Part shown: positions 26,543 to 36,206 of the stretch, piece by piece
How the letters are laid out: each line of letters begins with the position of its first letter
Numbering within the stretch: position 1 is the first letter of the stretch
Source: a virus
Lineage: Duplodnaviria; Caudoviricetes
Direction: 5' to 3' (one strand)
Virus record (IMG/VR): IMGVR_UViG_2744054517_000003
Span: 32,001-96,000 of that record
DNA: 64,000 nt
The notes under the pieces: model-generated
Databases searched by the model: none
What the model was told of the DNA's origin: nothing
Seen by the model: only the letters and a program-made list of their open reading frames with translations
Program-made: the position numbers and the translations under genes

Positions 26543-26767
26543 ATGGCTAGGGTCGATAAAATCATCGAGAAAATGAAAAACCGCCCTAACGGGATTAGGT
26601 TCGCGGAGATAGCAAAAGTCCTGAATCATCTGGGTTACATAGTGGTACGAATTAAGGGTTCGCATCACATATTCCGAAATGAGTCAGGAGACACGCTCCC
26701 GATACCTTTTGAAACACCCGTCAAGGCGGCGTACGTCAAAGACGTACTGGAGATCATCGGGGAGTAG
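26543..26767 (+). CDS. hicA: HicA toxin
   Basis: RIKGSHHIF motif; upstream of hicB. Confidence 0.9.
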   Translation: MARVDKIIEKMKNRPNGIRFAEIAKVLNHLGYIVVRIKGSHHIFRNESGDTLPIPFETPVKAAYVKDVLEIIGE

Positions 26768-26814
26768 TACCTCCCCTTTGTTCTCAAAATCATTTTATCC
26801 TAGCCTACATTAAT

Positions 26815-27183
26815 ATGGCAAATGAAAAACCGATCCAAAAAGACATAGCGTATTACATGGCGCTCCCGTATACAATTCAGATTAAGCATATGAACGACGA
26901 AAGCGGAAGCTACCACTTAGCTACAGTCGCGGAGCTGGAAGGTTGCAAGAGCCATGGCGACACGCCAGAAGAAGCCCTGAAAATGGTCAGAGAAGCTATG
27001 GAGGGTTACCTTGAGGTAAAGCTTGAGTTTGGCGATGAGATACCGGAACCAGTAAATGAGGAACAATTTAGTGGCAAATGGTTGCAACGTGCTCCAAAGT
27101 CCCTGCATAAGCATTTGATGGAGCGTGCAGCAGCAGAAGGCATATCCTTCAACCAATATTGCTTATACAAACTGAGTAAGTAA
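26815..27183 (+). CDS. hicB: HicB antitoxin
   Basis: ELEGCKSHGDTPEEA...FSGK...PKSLH...EGISFNQY. Confidence 0.9.
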   Translation: MANEKPIQKDIAYYMALPYTIQIKHMNDESGSYHLATVAELEGCKSHGDTPEEALKMVREAMEGYLEVKLEFGDEIPEPVNEEQFSGKWLQRAPKSLHKHLMERAAAEGISFNQYCLYKLSK

Positions 27184-27221
27184 CGTATGTTTGAGACTCC
27201 TCTATACTAGGAGGTAAACTT

Positions 27222-27329
27222 ATGGTAAAGGTAATTTGGTTTGTGATTATTACCATGTTGGTTAGTGCTGCTGCGTTAGCAGGGTTGATAACAGTAGTGG
27301 TTAAATTGATCCGTAAAAGAGAGGAATAA
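27222..27329 (+). CDS. 35-aa single-TM peptide
   Basis: GGAGG RBS; MVKVIWFVIITMLVSAAALAGLITVVVKLIRKREE. Confidence 0.55.
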   Translation: MVKVIWFVIITMLVSAAALAGLITVVVKLIRKREE

Positions 27330-27331
27330 CT

Positions 27332-27535
27332 ATGAAATACGGCCTACGTAAGCCCAGCCTAAACAAGCGTATAGCAGCTCGTACCAGCCTCAAACGGCAG
27401 ATTGTACACCGTGCAGGACTAAAGATGCCACGAGGCTGGGGATGGCTCAGAAACCCACGTAAGGCGGCATACAATAAGGTGTACAATCGCAGCACATTTG
27501 ATATATTTAAAGCGATTGGTAAATTGTTTAAGTAG
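27332..27535 (+). CDS. Basic conserved prophage protein
   Basis: MKYGLRKPSL..RIAART...GWGW.RNP.KAAYNKVY. Confidence 0.75.
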   Translation: MKYGLRKPSLNKRIAARTSLKRQIVHRAGLKMPRGWGWLRNPRKAAYNKVYNRSTFDIFKAIGKLFK

Positions 27536-27547
27536 GAAGGTGCGGTT

Positions 27548-27748
27548 ATGGGACCTTATAATTTAGAGTTAACACCTTGGGAAATGCTCATATTGCGAGA
27601 CGATATGAAGGAACGTTTAAAATATAATCGCGGTTTCGTTCCCGAAGAACTGGCTATTTGGAGAAAAATAGAGGCATTGCATGAACAGTTAGAACGAGAT
27701 GAGGCAGATTATAAGAAAGTAGAATCAAAAGATACAAAATCAACATAA
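27548..27748 (+). CDS. Hypothetical protein
   Basis: 66-aa ORF with GAAGGTG RBS. Confidence 0.55.
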   Translation: MGPYNLELTPWEMLILRDDMKERLKYNRGFVPEELAIWRKIEALHEQLERDEADYKKVESKDTKST

Positions 27749-27750
27749 GC

Positions 27751-27794
27751 TTAAAAAGCTCTGCCGACCAATTAAGGTTAGCAGAGCTTTTTAA
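27751..27794. terminator. Bidirectional terminator, member of a repeated hairpin family
   Basis: TTAAAAAGCTCTGC...GCAGAGCTTTTTAA; related copies at 28674-28707 and 31381-31419. Confidence 0.75.
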
Positions 27795-27840
27795 TGTGTG
27801 ACCAGCTGCTGTAGCTTGGACTATTTTAAAGTCATATATT

Positions 27841-28284
27841 TCAATTAGCATAATCGTAATAAATATAACCGTTACCCTTAATATAATGAGAACCAGAACC
27901 ATTAGAAACTTCTATGTATACTTTATAGGTTCCTGGATCAATTGTTTGGCTATATTTGTTTGAATAATCCTTATCTCCTTCAGAATCGAAATTTAATTTT
28001 TTCCAAGTGAAGACTTGACCGTCTTGTTCAAGTCGAATTTTCACATCACATGGAAAGTCCACGTTCGTAGTATCATCCAAGACAACTCCAAAGTGGACAT
28101 TTTTGACGGGTTTGTTGAATGTAACTTTGAATGTCTTTCCGCTTGACGTTTCTGCATAATCACTATCCCAAACAGCATATTGAAAATTATCACTAGTCTT
28201 TGCAAAACTTGATTGAGGTAAAAACAATACCAGTGCGCATGCGAGAACAAAGAATGTTGAACATAAAACACAGAATTTCTTCAT
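27841..28284 (-). CDS. Secreted beta-sandwich protein
   Basis: Signal peptide ending SSFA; GGAGG RBS. Confidence 0.7.
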   Translation of the reverse strand: MKKFCVLCSTFFVLACALVLFLPQSSFAKTSDNFQYAVWDSDYAETSSGKTFKVTFNKPVKNVHFGVVLDDTTNVDFPCDVKIRLEQDGQVFTWKKLNFDSEGDKDYSNKYSQTIDPGTYKVYIEVSNGSGSHYIKGNGYIYYDYAN

Positions 28285-28390
28285 AGTATAAAACCTCCTA
28301 GTAATATGGATTACATTCACCTTCATATTACTTTATTAGTAATGTCGAAGTATCTCGCATGTTGTAACAAAACAAAAAAAGACTCTCTAG

Positions 28391-28627
28391 TTACCCAGTA
28401 GAGTCTTTTACATCTACTCTAAATTCAAATTGATTCCGTATGTAATAAGCTCCGGCAATCTTGACCGATTCAGGCGAAAACTTTTCTATAGTGCCACCAT
28501 AGTCTACAACCGATATAAAATCCTCGCCTAACGACTGAACAACGTACACCTTTACCTGGCTTAATGCAGCTGCAAATAGTTCTATATCTGACTTTAACAC
28601 TTTATATGTATGGTTCATGCTGATCAC
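28391..28627 (-). CDS. Hypothetical protein
   Basis: 78-aa ORF, GAGGTG RBS. Confidence 0.6.
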   Translation of the reverse strand: MISMNHTYKVLKSDIELFAAALSQVKVYVVQSLGEDFISVVDYGGTIEKFSPESVKIAGAYYIRNQFEFRVDVKDSTG

Positions 28628-28711
28628 CTCAGATAGTTATTCTGCCGTATGTGTGGTAATTCCTGCACTAAAGAAAGCCCTACCAACCATAAGGTTGGCA
28701 GAGCTTTAGCT

Positions 28712-28834
28712 TTAAAATCCTCCAATGGTAACGTTAGGCTGAATACTATGGTGGTGGTTAAAGGCTTGATCCGGCACAGTAACAATCAACAAAAAGCTAG
28801 CCGCAATGATTAAAAGCACCATTTTTTTGAACAT
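28712..28834 (-). CDS. Secreted signalling pro-peptide (AloP/AimP-like)
   Basis: MFKKMVLLIIAASFLLIVTVPDQAFNHHHSIQPNVTIGGF; overlaps the receptor's end. Confidence 0.75.
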   Translation of the reverse strand: MFKKMVLLIIAASFLLIVTVPDQAFNHHHSIQPNVTIGGF

Positions 28835-30212
28835 TGTTTTCCCACACCCTTTCAATAAGATTGAAATACTCAGCTTTAGTTTCAGGAACCGCATGGGCTT
28901 GAAAACGAACAAATAACCCCATACAGTTTATAAAGTAAGTTTCATTATTTATTATATGTGACTTTACCATTGCATTCATTAAATATTTAAAGCCATCACT
29001 GTACTTTCCTCGATGTAAATAATAAAAACCTAACTCGTAACCAAACCACGCGATATAATCCGGTATCACTTGTCGGGTATACATATCATCTGATGATGGT
29101 TGCTGTGAAAAAGTCCCGATTAGTTTTTCAAATCGTTTGAGTATATCGTCTACATTTATGCTGAACTGGTTTGCTGCGATTATAACATTCAACAGTTTTG
29201 AGAGCTTTTCATTCTCATTAGCGGCTGATGTTACAGCAATATATTCAACATATTCATTCAGTAGATTTGTTTCTCCTGACAACAATTTATATACGTAAGC
29301 ATTACCTTCTGCCCACTGACTGAACAAATTTACCCAGTGTCTTGTGTCCTCGTCGGTCTCTTTAACCCAGTCTAAATCCGCATAGGCGTATGTATATTGT
29401 AGAGCTTGCTGATAATCGCCCCGGGCTTCGCAAACACTTGCACACAATAGGTCAGCATAAGCAATGTATCCAAATAGCGGACCTCTTGTTCTCTTTTCAA
29501 TATCTCGTAACTCACGTTTTTCTTGGTGTTTTAAACTATACTGGATTTCCGCTTTAGCTCTCATTTGTCTTGCCATTTCGTCTACCTTGTCCCATTTACG
29601 CAAAGACCTGTATACATTAGCTAAGTCCTTCAATGCGTCAAGCTGGTCTATTTCATCTAGGCGTTCGACAAAGGCTTCAAAAACAGCTGCTGCCCTAACA
29701 TTTTGGCTTTGATCGTCTCCAATTTTGATTGTGAATATACGATATTGGCAGATTGCCAAACGTTCAGAATGTTGATATCTCTCCGCTTCAGCCACTCCCT
29801 CATAGAGCAGCAATGCAGCCTGATGTCGTCCCTGTGACAATAATCCTTCTGCAATTTCAAATAGCTTGGGTGAATACAGGAGATTGTCCATGATGGCTCC
29901 CACCACTCGACGGATCGCATCCAACCTGTCTAACTCCGCACAGCGAAACAAAAATGGCTCGATTCGCCTCATATTCGGGGGATGGTCGATGATGAAGTTT
30001 TCTATAAACAGATCGTAAAACTCCCCTTCTGGTAAACCCATAGCCTCAGTGATTCGGTCAAGCTGGTTAACTGACATAGACTTATTCCCTGTCACAATAG
30101 CACTTATTATCCCCCTATTCATGCCTGCAAGTTGTCCGAATTGCGCTAGGCTCAAACCTTTTTGTTGTATATATTTATCTAATTCTGCTCGAATCGTAGG
30201 TGTATGCTTCAT
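28797..30212 (-). CDS. RRNPP-family peptide receptor (HTH plus TPR, AloR-like)
   Basis: N-terminal XRE HTH, helical repeats, cognate short peptide gene downstream. Confidence 0.8.
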   Translation of the reverse strand: MKHTPTIRAELDKYIQQKGLSLAQFGQLAGMNRGIISAIVTGNKSMSVNQLDRITEAMGLPEGEFYDLFIENFIIDHPPNMRRIEPFLFRCAELDRLDAIRRVVGAIMDNLLYSPKLFEIAEGLLSQGRHQAALLLYEGVAEAERYQHSERLAICQYRIFTIKIGDDQSQNVRAAAVFEAFVERLDEIDQLDALKDLANVYRSLRKWDKVDEMARQMRAKAEIQYSLKHQEKRELRDIEKRTRGPLFGYIAYADLLCASVCEARGDYQQALQYTYAYADLDWVKETDEDTRHWVNLFSQWAEGNAYVYKLLSGETNLLNEYVEYIAVTSAANENEKLSKLLNVIIAANQFSINVDDILKRFEKLIGTFSQQPSSDDMYTRQVIPDYIAWFGYELGFYYLHRGKYSDGFKYLMNAMVKSHIINNETYFINCMGLFVRFQAHAVPETKAEYFNLIERVWENNVQKNGAFNHCG

Positions 30213-30486
30213 ATCATATCCACCCTTCATACAGAAATTCCAAAACTTATATATTATTGCATTCTATTGTTGTCCATAATTTAACAGTTGTCAATAAGTT
30301 TTGAATTTTTTGTCATTCGGATATTCAACTAAATTATTTTTTTGAATATTGTCGATTACTGTAAGACAAATAGTGCTACAATATCATTTTTCCATTTTGT
30401 TAATAGAAACACACAAATTATTCCTTTCTTTGTGTTATACTAACTCAGCAATGCAAATAAATCCCATTTTGAAAGGACGATTTTTA

Positions 30487-31095
30487 ATGAAGCTTAAAAA
30501 CACAGCAATCATTCTTACAGGTGTATTAGCTCTTACGGCAGTTGCTCCAATTGCAGCATCTGCCGAATCATCCACAGGACAAATTACACAAAATTCAAGT
30601 TCTAGTGTAACTCAAAAGAGTGCAGTTGAGGCAGTAAAACCTTATGTACAAGTTAAAGATGGAGTATTGTCCCTAAAAGAGGTTCCTGAAAGTATTTATA
30701 ACCAGTATAATTTATCAGATTTACAAAAGCATTTTGATGAATTAAATGAATTATCAAAATCAGGTAAAATTACTGTGAATAGCGATTTAAGCATAAAGGA
30801 CAATACCATCTCGCTTAATGCAGAATACGGATCTTGGACTTACCACTGGTGGGGATATGATCGGAAATTCACTGACTATCAAACTAAACAAGCGATAGAT
30901 TACTATAATACTGTGGCAGGTGGCGGCACACTCATTTCAGGGGCAACGGCTTGGTATCCTCCTGTTTCAGGTATCTCAGGATCAGTCGCAGGATACTTTG
31001 CATTGTTTGCAGCACGTATGAGCGCTAATAACAATGGTAACGGAGTTTATGTTTCTGTTTCATGGGCGGCAGTGTTTGATGTTGAACCTTTGTAA
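30487..31095 (+). CDS. Secreted bacteriocin-like protein
   Basis: Signal peptide; YHWWGY motif then a Gly/Ala-rich hydrophobic hairpin. Confidence 0.55.
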   Translation: MKLKNTAIILTGVLALTAVAPIAASAESSTGQITQNSSSSVTQKSAVEAVKPYVQVKDGVLSLKEVPESIYNQYNLSDLQKHFDELNELSKSGKITVNSDLSIKDNTISLNAEYGSWTYHWWGYDRKFTDYQTKQAIDYYNTVAGGGTLISGATAWYPPVSGISGSVAGYFALFAARMSANNNGNGVYVSVSWAAVFDVEPL

Positions 31096-31117
31096 TACGA
31101 CACAGTAAGGAGACTCT

Positions 31118-31282
31118 ATGACCAGTATTTTAGCTGTTTTAGTGATTATTTGGGGAATAAGTTATATGGCTGTCTACTACATTAAGAAGAAAAAAAATAC
31201 ACACGGGCAACCTGGTTATAAAATATTCTTTATGGTTATTCTTGTTATTTTAGCAATCGCTTTGGTTAGTTCATATTTATAA
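31118..31282 (+). CDS. Two-TM small protein, putative immunity
   Basis: AAGGAG RBS; 54 aa, two helices. Confidence 0.55.
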   Translation: MTSILAVLVIIWGISYMAVYYIKKKKNTHGQPGYKIFFMVILVILAIALVSSYL

Positions 31283-31419
31283 TCAAACAATTTTATGATT
31301 TTTTATAGCCTTCCTTTAATGGAGGGCTTTTATATTACATACCAAATCTTATGGGTACATCCTATATGAGCAATGAGAAAAAGACTCCCCGCCGACCGAT
31401 TAAGGTTAGCGGAGAGTTT

Positions 31420-31866
31420 CTATTTCACGATAAATTCAACTTTTGTCCCATCTGCGTAGTCGTCTAACTTGTGACCTACCCACGATCCAGCTCCACGATT
31501 ATCCTTTGGACTTATGTACTTAATGTCTGCACCCTCTCCACCTTCGGAGCACATCGCCATAGGCCATTCATCGCGGTCCTTGCCCTTCTTGGTGGGCACA
31601 CCCTTTAGGGACAGCTCGCGATTATGGTCGGCTCCTTCACGGTCTATTGTGCATACTGGTGATTTTCCCGCCTGAATGGCTTCCTTGATGTGCTGGGCCG
31701 TTTCTGGGTACTTGGCTGACGGAAACTCCAGTTTGACCGTATCGGCAGATACCTGCGTTACCGGAACAGCTACTGGGTCGCTCTTAGTGGTCTTTACAAC
31801 GTCTTGTTGTACGCTGCAGCCAGCTAATAGGACTGTTATCAACACGGTAAATATCCATCTAAACAT
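31420..31866 (-). CDS. NucA/NucB-family nuclease lipoprotein
   Basis: LAGC lipobox; DRDEWPMAM...EGG...DNRGAGSW. Confidence 0.9.
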   Translation of the reverse strand: MFRWIFTVLITVLLAGCSVQQDVVKTTKSDPVAVPVTQVSADTVKLEFPSAKYPETAQHIKEAIQAGKSPVCTIDREGADHNRELSLKGVPTKKGKDRDEWPMAMCSEGGEGADIKYISPKDNRGAGSWVGHKLDDYADGTKVEFIVK

Positions 31867-31940
31867 ATGTATTCCTCCCTAAACGTAAAAACACCCCACC
31901 AGCTTAGCTAGTAGGGTGGATATCAAAAAAATATTATATG

Positions 31941-32297
31941 CTAAGCTATAAATGGTTCGATGAACGTTTTCCACTTATCATATACCGATATGAGAGCTGG
32001 GGTCTTCTCAGCAACAGAGATCACTTTTTCAATAGTTCCGAATAAGGCACCAATAATTGTTTTATTGGGCTTGTCTTCTTGAGCTTGCTCCGAAACAGCC
32101 GATACTGCCTCTGATAATTCATTTTGAGTATCTTGTGGCATATCACTATTTTGAGAAATGAGTTCGATTAATTGCTTTGTTATATCTGCCAATCCTTCAT
32201 TCCCAGCATGATTATTAACAACCGTTGCGCTACTTGAATCGCCTATAGATTGAGCACCACCATTGTTTTCTACCTTATTAATATTAAATTGAGACAT
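31941..32297 (-). CDS. Hypothetical protein (Asn/Gly-rich N-terminus plus helical bundle); also the -1 frame extension of 32414-32812
   Basis: AAGGAG RBS before MSQF; frame open upstream to the A11 run. Confidence 0.7.
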   Translation of the reverse strand: MSQFNINKVENNGGAQSIGDSSSATVVNNHAGNEGLADITKQLIELISQNSDMPQDTQNELSEAVSAVSEQAQEDKPNKTIIGALFGTIEKVISVAEKTPALISVYDKWKTFIEPFIA

Positions 32298-32413
32298 AGT
32301 ATACTCTCCTTGATTATAAATTATCGTTAAATTAGGACTAAGTTGTTTTAACAACTCCAAGTTGTCTTTATGTAGTACGTCAGACAGGGAGGACGGTGTG
32401 GACTTAGTGCTCC

Positions 32414-32812
32414 TTAATATATCAGTGCTGGTTTTAACGTAGGCTGACTTTTCCTTTTTTTTTTTGAAATCATACGTTTCTTGAATTCAGGGTTGAATTC
32501 AAAAACTGGGAAAATCATGCCGGGTGTAACTTCGAATTCCCCATGAATGTCGCATTCGAAATCAAATTTAAGGAGTTCTTTGTCGCTAACTGTTTTTACA
32601 GTTCTAGCACAATCGTATTCAGGGCATCTTATTTCATATAACAATACAAGAGCTCCTCCTTGCACAAGGTGAAGGAGCCTGGTGAATACTTGTTCTAAAG
32701 GAAGACCTGTGAAATTAGCAACAGCTGATGGATAAAACCTTCTGACAGGTAAAGAGGCTGCATTTTCTACCCAATCATCAACATCCCATATGTCTGCCAC
32801 TGCTTTCCCCAC
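32414..32812 (-). CDS. wHTH plus Zn-ribbon protein ending in an A11 slippery run
   Basis: CPEYDC...CDIHG; A11 at 32465-32455. Confidence 0.7.
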   Translation of the reverse strand: MGKAVADIWDVDDWVENAASLPVRRFYPSAVANFTGLPLEQVFTRLLHLVQGGALVLLYEIRCPEYDCARTVKTVSDKELLKFDFECDIHGEFEVTPGMIFPVFEFNPEFKKRMISKKKRKSQPTLKPALIY

Positions 32813-32827
32813 CCTTCAGTACATTTT

Positions 32828-33913
32828 TTATAGTATAACACGTTTTCTGACAAAGTCGATTGCCGCTTCTGATGCCTGAGACATAAAAAATATACTGTTT
32901 GATTGCATACCAACACGAATTGTATGCATCGTTCTTACACCTTCTTCATCAACTGGAAACTGAATAAAGCACCCCTGATGTTCAATGCTTGTCTTTAAAT
33001 AATCATATAAAGGAGTTCCTCTAAGATCCCTTTCTTTAACACCCATTCCCACTTTCTCCATACCGTTTAAAATCAAGGCGGTGAACGGTATAGCAGAAAA
33101 TTCTTCTCCTAATGACTGTCTAGCTTCCTGTAAATTATCCTGTAATTCAAGAATATCTTCATTTTCAAAATAAGAATCTAGGGCTGAAAGTATGGTTACA
33201 ACAGAATCAGCTTGAGGCTTTGTGAATTCCTCTAAAGAAAGATTGGGTTTACCCACTGTGTCGATTAATTCACCACCTAACGCATCAGCTAAACCTTCTG
33301 CATTGAATCCGAAAGGAGCCATGACTCTGACAGGGTCCATAACCACTTGTTGATTAATCAATTGCGCAAAGTTCTTAGCTATCTTTTCAGCGTGTTTGGG
33401 GTCAGTTCTAACCTCTATAAACCCTTCGTTTTCATTGACGTAAAGAGTGGTAGTACTTGTCTTGGGGCGTGTCTCAATAGTATCAAGTATTATTTCTTTT
33501 GTTACACCCACTTTATACATGTACCTCAAGTAATATTCATGCTCGTTCCAACCCTCTGCAGCTCCTATTAACTTTGGATCACTTGAAACATCTTCTCTTA
33601 GCGGCATGTTTACAGTTTCAAAAGGATTGAAAGCGGGATGGTTTTTTACAATCAAGTCTTTTATCCCTCTAATACCATCAGAGAATTTATACCATGAGAC
33701 AGAGGTTTTACCTCCGAAAATTTGTCCTCTAGAGGCATCAAATATCCTATCTCTCATCCCTTGGCTTTCTTTCACCCTTGACCAGATCTTGGAAACAAGT
33801 TCACTAACCGCTCCATCATCTGTCATATCAAGATCAATGCAAATTTCTTTAAGTTTTTCTTTTGGCAAATGCATTAGATCATTTAACAATACTAATTGAG
33901 AAATTTTAAGCAT
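32828..33913 (-). CDS. Hypothetical protein with SAP-like N-terminus
   Basis: LPKEKLKEICIDLDM...G.VSELVSKI; AT-rich moron. Confidence 0.7.
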   Translation of the reverse strand: MLKISQLVLLNDLMHLPKEKLKEICIDLDMTDDGAVSELVSKIWSRVKESQGMRDRIFDASRGQIFGGKTSVSWYKFSDGIRGIKDLIVKNHPAFNPFETVNMPLREDVSSDPKLIGAAEGWNEHEYYLRYMYKVGVTKEIILDTIETRPKTSTTTLYVNENEGFIEVRTDPKHAEKIAKNFAQLINQQVVMDPVRVMAPFGFNAEGLADALGGELIDTVGKPNLSLEEFTKPQADSVVTILSALDSYFENEDILELQDNLQEARQSLGEEFSAIPFTALILNGMEKVGMGVKERDLRGTPLYDYLKTSIEHQGCFIQFPVDEEGVRTMHTIRVGMQSNSIFFMSQASEAAIDFVRKRVIL

Positions 33914-34000
33914 TCTTTGACCGCCTTTTTATTGTGGTATAATCCACTATAAATCTATCATCAAAGGTAAGTTATGTAAATCTTATATATTCATTATACC

Positions 34001-34014
34001 AGAACACACGTTCT
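34001..34014. promoter_or_regulatory. LexA (SOS) box
   Basis: AGAACACACGTTCT upstream of the three-gene operon. Confidence 0.7.
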
Positions 34015-34160
34015 TATTCAATAAAAAGACATATCTTTACAACCAGTTCTCACCCAATGACAGTTCCTAATATATAGGAACACTAACAGCCCTTCTAACA
34101 ACCAAGAAGAACAAAAAAAGCCCCACTCAGCCGAAACCAGTAGGGCATTAATCTTTGGAT

Positions 34161-34721
34161 TTACTCCGTAACGACTGGAGTTTGTATGGAATCTACCGGT
34201 GCAGGAATAGGCTCGGGTGCAGATTGAACCTGAGCGGGAGCAATGGACGTTACCTCTGTTGTAGCCTGTGCCAAGAAATCATTAAGTTTTGCAGCCAGAC
34301 CTGATACAGCTTCCTTAGCTGCGGCCTGTGCTGCCTCCTCGTTTGGCTGTGCTTCAGTAGCCAGTACTGCTTTTGTTTTGGCCTTATACTCCAGGAATGC
34401 TTTCTCAATCGCGGATTTTAGCTCTACTTGGGATACTACAATACCTTGACTGGAAAGAGTAAGTGAAGCATACTGCAAAGCTTCCTGAAGCTTACGTTCT
34501 CCTCCTGCTTCTTTAAATGCTGTTTGAGCAAGTGCGAATGCCTCCCCTGCTACTTTATGGATTACCTCTCGCTGTGCTGCTGTTGTACGCGCTTCTAGCC
34601 ACACGTTAACCTTAGTCTTGAGTTTGTTCAGACCTCCTAAAACAAACGCTGTAAGCACACCCGCAGCGGCTGTGACAATGGTATTTACATAAGGCTGTAC
34701 AGTTTCGATAATGGTTTGCAT
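34161..34721 (-). CDS. Phage holin, LL-H-like
   Basis: Single N-terminal TM; GERKL.EA...IEKA; lysis module. Confidence 0.7.
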   Translation of the reverse strand: MQTIIETVQPYVNTIVTAAAGVLTAFVLGGLNKLKTKVNVWLEARTTAAQREVIHKVAGEAFALAQTAFKEAGGERKLQEALQYASLTLSSQGIVVSQVELKSAIEKAFLEYKAKTKAVLATEAQPNEEAAQAAAKEAVSGLAAKLNDFLAQATTEVTSIAPAQVQSAPEPIPAPVDSIQTPVVTE

Positions 34722-34723
34722 GA

Positions 34724-35674
34724 TTATTTATCCCCTTTCGTTTTCAACGATGCGATTTTATTTTTTGAATCCCAGGACACTACAGCGCCGTATGCCTCCG
34801 CAACGGGTCTGAGCTGCACGTATGCCACTCCTTCGACCAGTTGGATAAATTGCAGCTTGGCTCCATTTAAATAAGCGACCTTGAGACTGGTATCCCAATG
34901 ACACGACAGACCCAAGACATTAGCAAGCACTCGCAACGATACATACGTCCTGCCACTAAAAAGCAAAGTCTTTCCTACCTGTTTTCCATTTACGACGAAC
35001 GAACCGGACGTGACTGTCTCCGGCTGCTCAGGGCGCTTTGTGAAACGTTCACGCAGCTCGTCCGCCGTACCATCATACTCATTCATATCCACGTTCCCTT
35101 TTATCCCTGCTACCTTGCCGCTATCGCTATATTGCCAAATATCCCAACGTTTCCACGTCACTGTATCGCTTGGGACGCGAGTATCACTATACCGGGCTAT
35201 CCATAGTGGGTAACCGCCCAATGAGGCGTTAAAATTAGCTGCGAATGCATTGCCTGTATAGATAATGGGCTTGCGTCCTGTAAGTCTCTCCAGCTCAAGC
35301 AGGAAGGCCAAAGCTACAGCACTAATAAGTGTTTTAGACAGCTTGCCGGGATTGTTTTCATAGTCCATTACAGGCGGCAAGTCTAGCGTTTTCCCTCCGC
35401 CTACCTGTTCCAATACCTCGGCAAAATGCCGCGCTTCTGCTTTGGCTGCATCAACGCTGATTGCGTCTATAAAATGGTATGCGCCCAGCAATACCCCGGC
35501 TGCTCTGGCTCCTTTTGCATTCGTGGTGAATGTCGGATCAACGTAACGTTGCCCCTGGCTAGCCTTGATGAAGGCAAATGAAATGCCATCTGCCTTGACT
35601 GCCTTCCAATCAATCTTTCCTTGATATCGGGATACGTCGATCCCTCTTGCATTACGGCTGTTTCGTTGTTGCAT
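34724..35674 (-). CDS. Endolysin, GH25 muramidase
   Basis: GIDVSRYQG, GAYHF, DYE, WQYS...VDMN. Confidence 0.95.
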   Translation of the reverse strand: MQQRNSRNARGIDVSRYQGKIDWKAVKADGISFAFIKASQGQRYVDPTFTTNAKGARAAGVLLGAYHFIDAISVDAAKAEARHFAEVLEQVGGGKTLDLPPVMDYENNPGKLSKTLISAVALAFLLELERLTGRKPIIYTGNAFAANFNASLGGYPLWIARYSDTRVPSDTVTWKRWDIWQYSDSGKVAGIKGNVDMNEYDGTADELRERFTKRPEQPETVTSGSFVVNGKQVGKTLLFSGRTYVSLRVLANVLGLSCHWDTSLKVAYLNGAKLQFIQLVEGVAYVQLRPVAEAYGAVVSWDSKNKIASLKTKGDK

Positions 35675-36104
35675 CTTCTTTCTCTCCTTCCTTACCACTT
35701 TTACTTTTTAAAACTTCTACGGCCTGTCGGATTACAGGCGGGATAGGAGCGCCGAGTCTGCCGCCATTCTCCAAAATGGACAGCAGCTCATTTGCCATAT
35801 AAAAATAGGCGACCGCATCCCGGAATAGGTGCGAATCGCCTAAAACTCCATCAATCAGATGGGATACTGCTACCATTGCAAAGATAAATACCTTTCGAGC
35901 GATACCGATAAGACCAATCTTGCTTTTCAAACCGGGTCCGGTTCCCTTCTTACCTTCAGCGCCAGCCGCGAATAATCCAGTTACGTAGTCAATAATGACC
36001 AGAGCAAGTAACACCCCCAACACTCCCGACCACCCACCGTAAAAATACGTTACAGCGCTGCTTCCTAAAGCGGTGCTAAACTTAAAAATCTCCCACTTGT
36101 CCAC
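35652..36104 (-). CDS. Phage holin (Phage_holin_4)
   Basis: IDYVTG...G..RK...NELLSILEN..RLG.PIP. Confidence 0.9.
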   Translation of the reverse strand: MDKWEIFKFSTALGSSAVTYFYGGWSGVLGVLLALVIIDYVTGLFAAGAEGKKGTGPGLKSKIGLIGIARKVFIFAMVAVSHLIDGVLGDSHLFRDAVAYFYMANELLSILENGGRLGAPIPPVIRQAVEVLKSKSGKEGEKEDATTKQP

Positions 36105-36206
36105 TTGCTTCCCCCGTCTCTCTATTCAGGAAACTTTTCCTGACCTAAAATAAGCCCCCGACCACTCCAAGGGCATAAAAAAACACGCTCCATTATGGAC
36201 GTGCTG

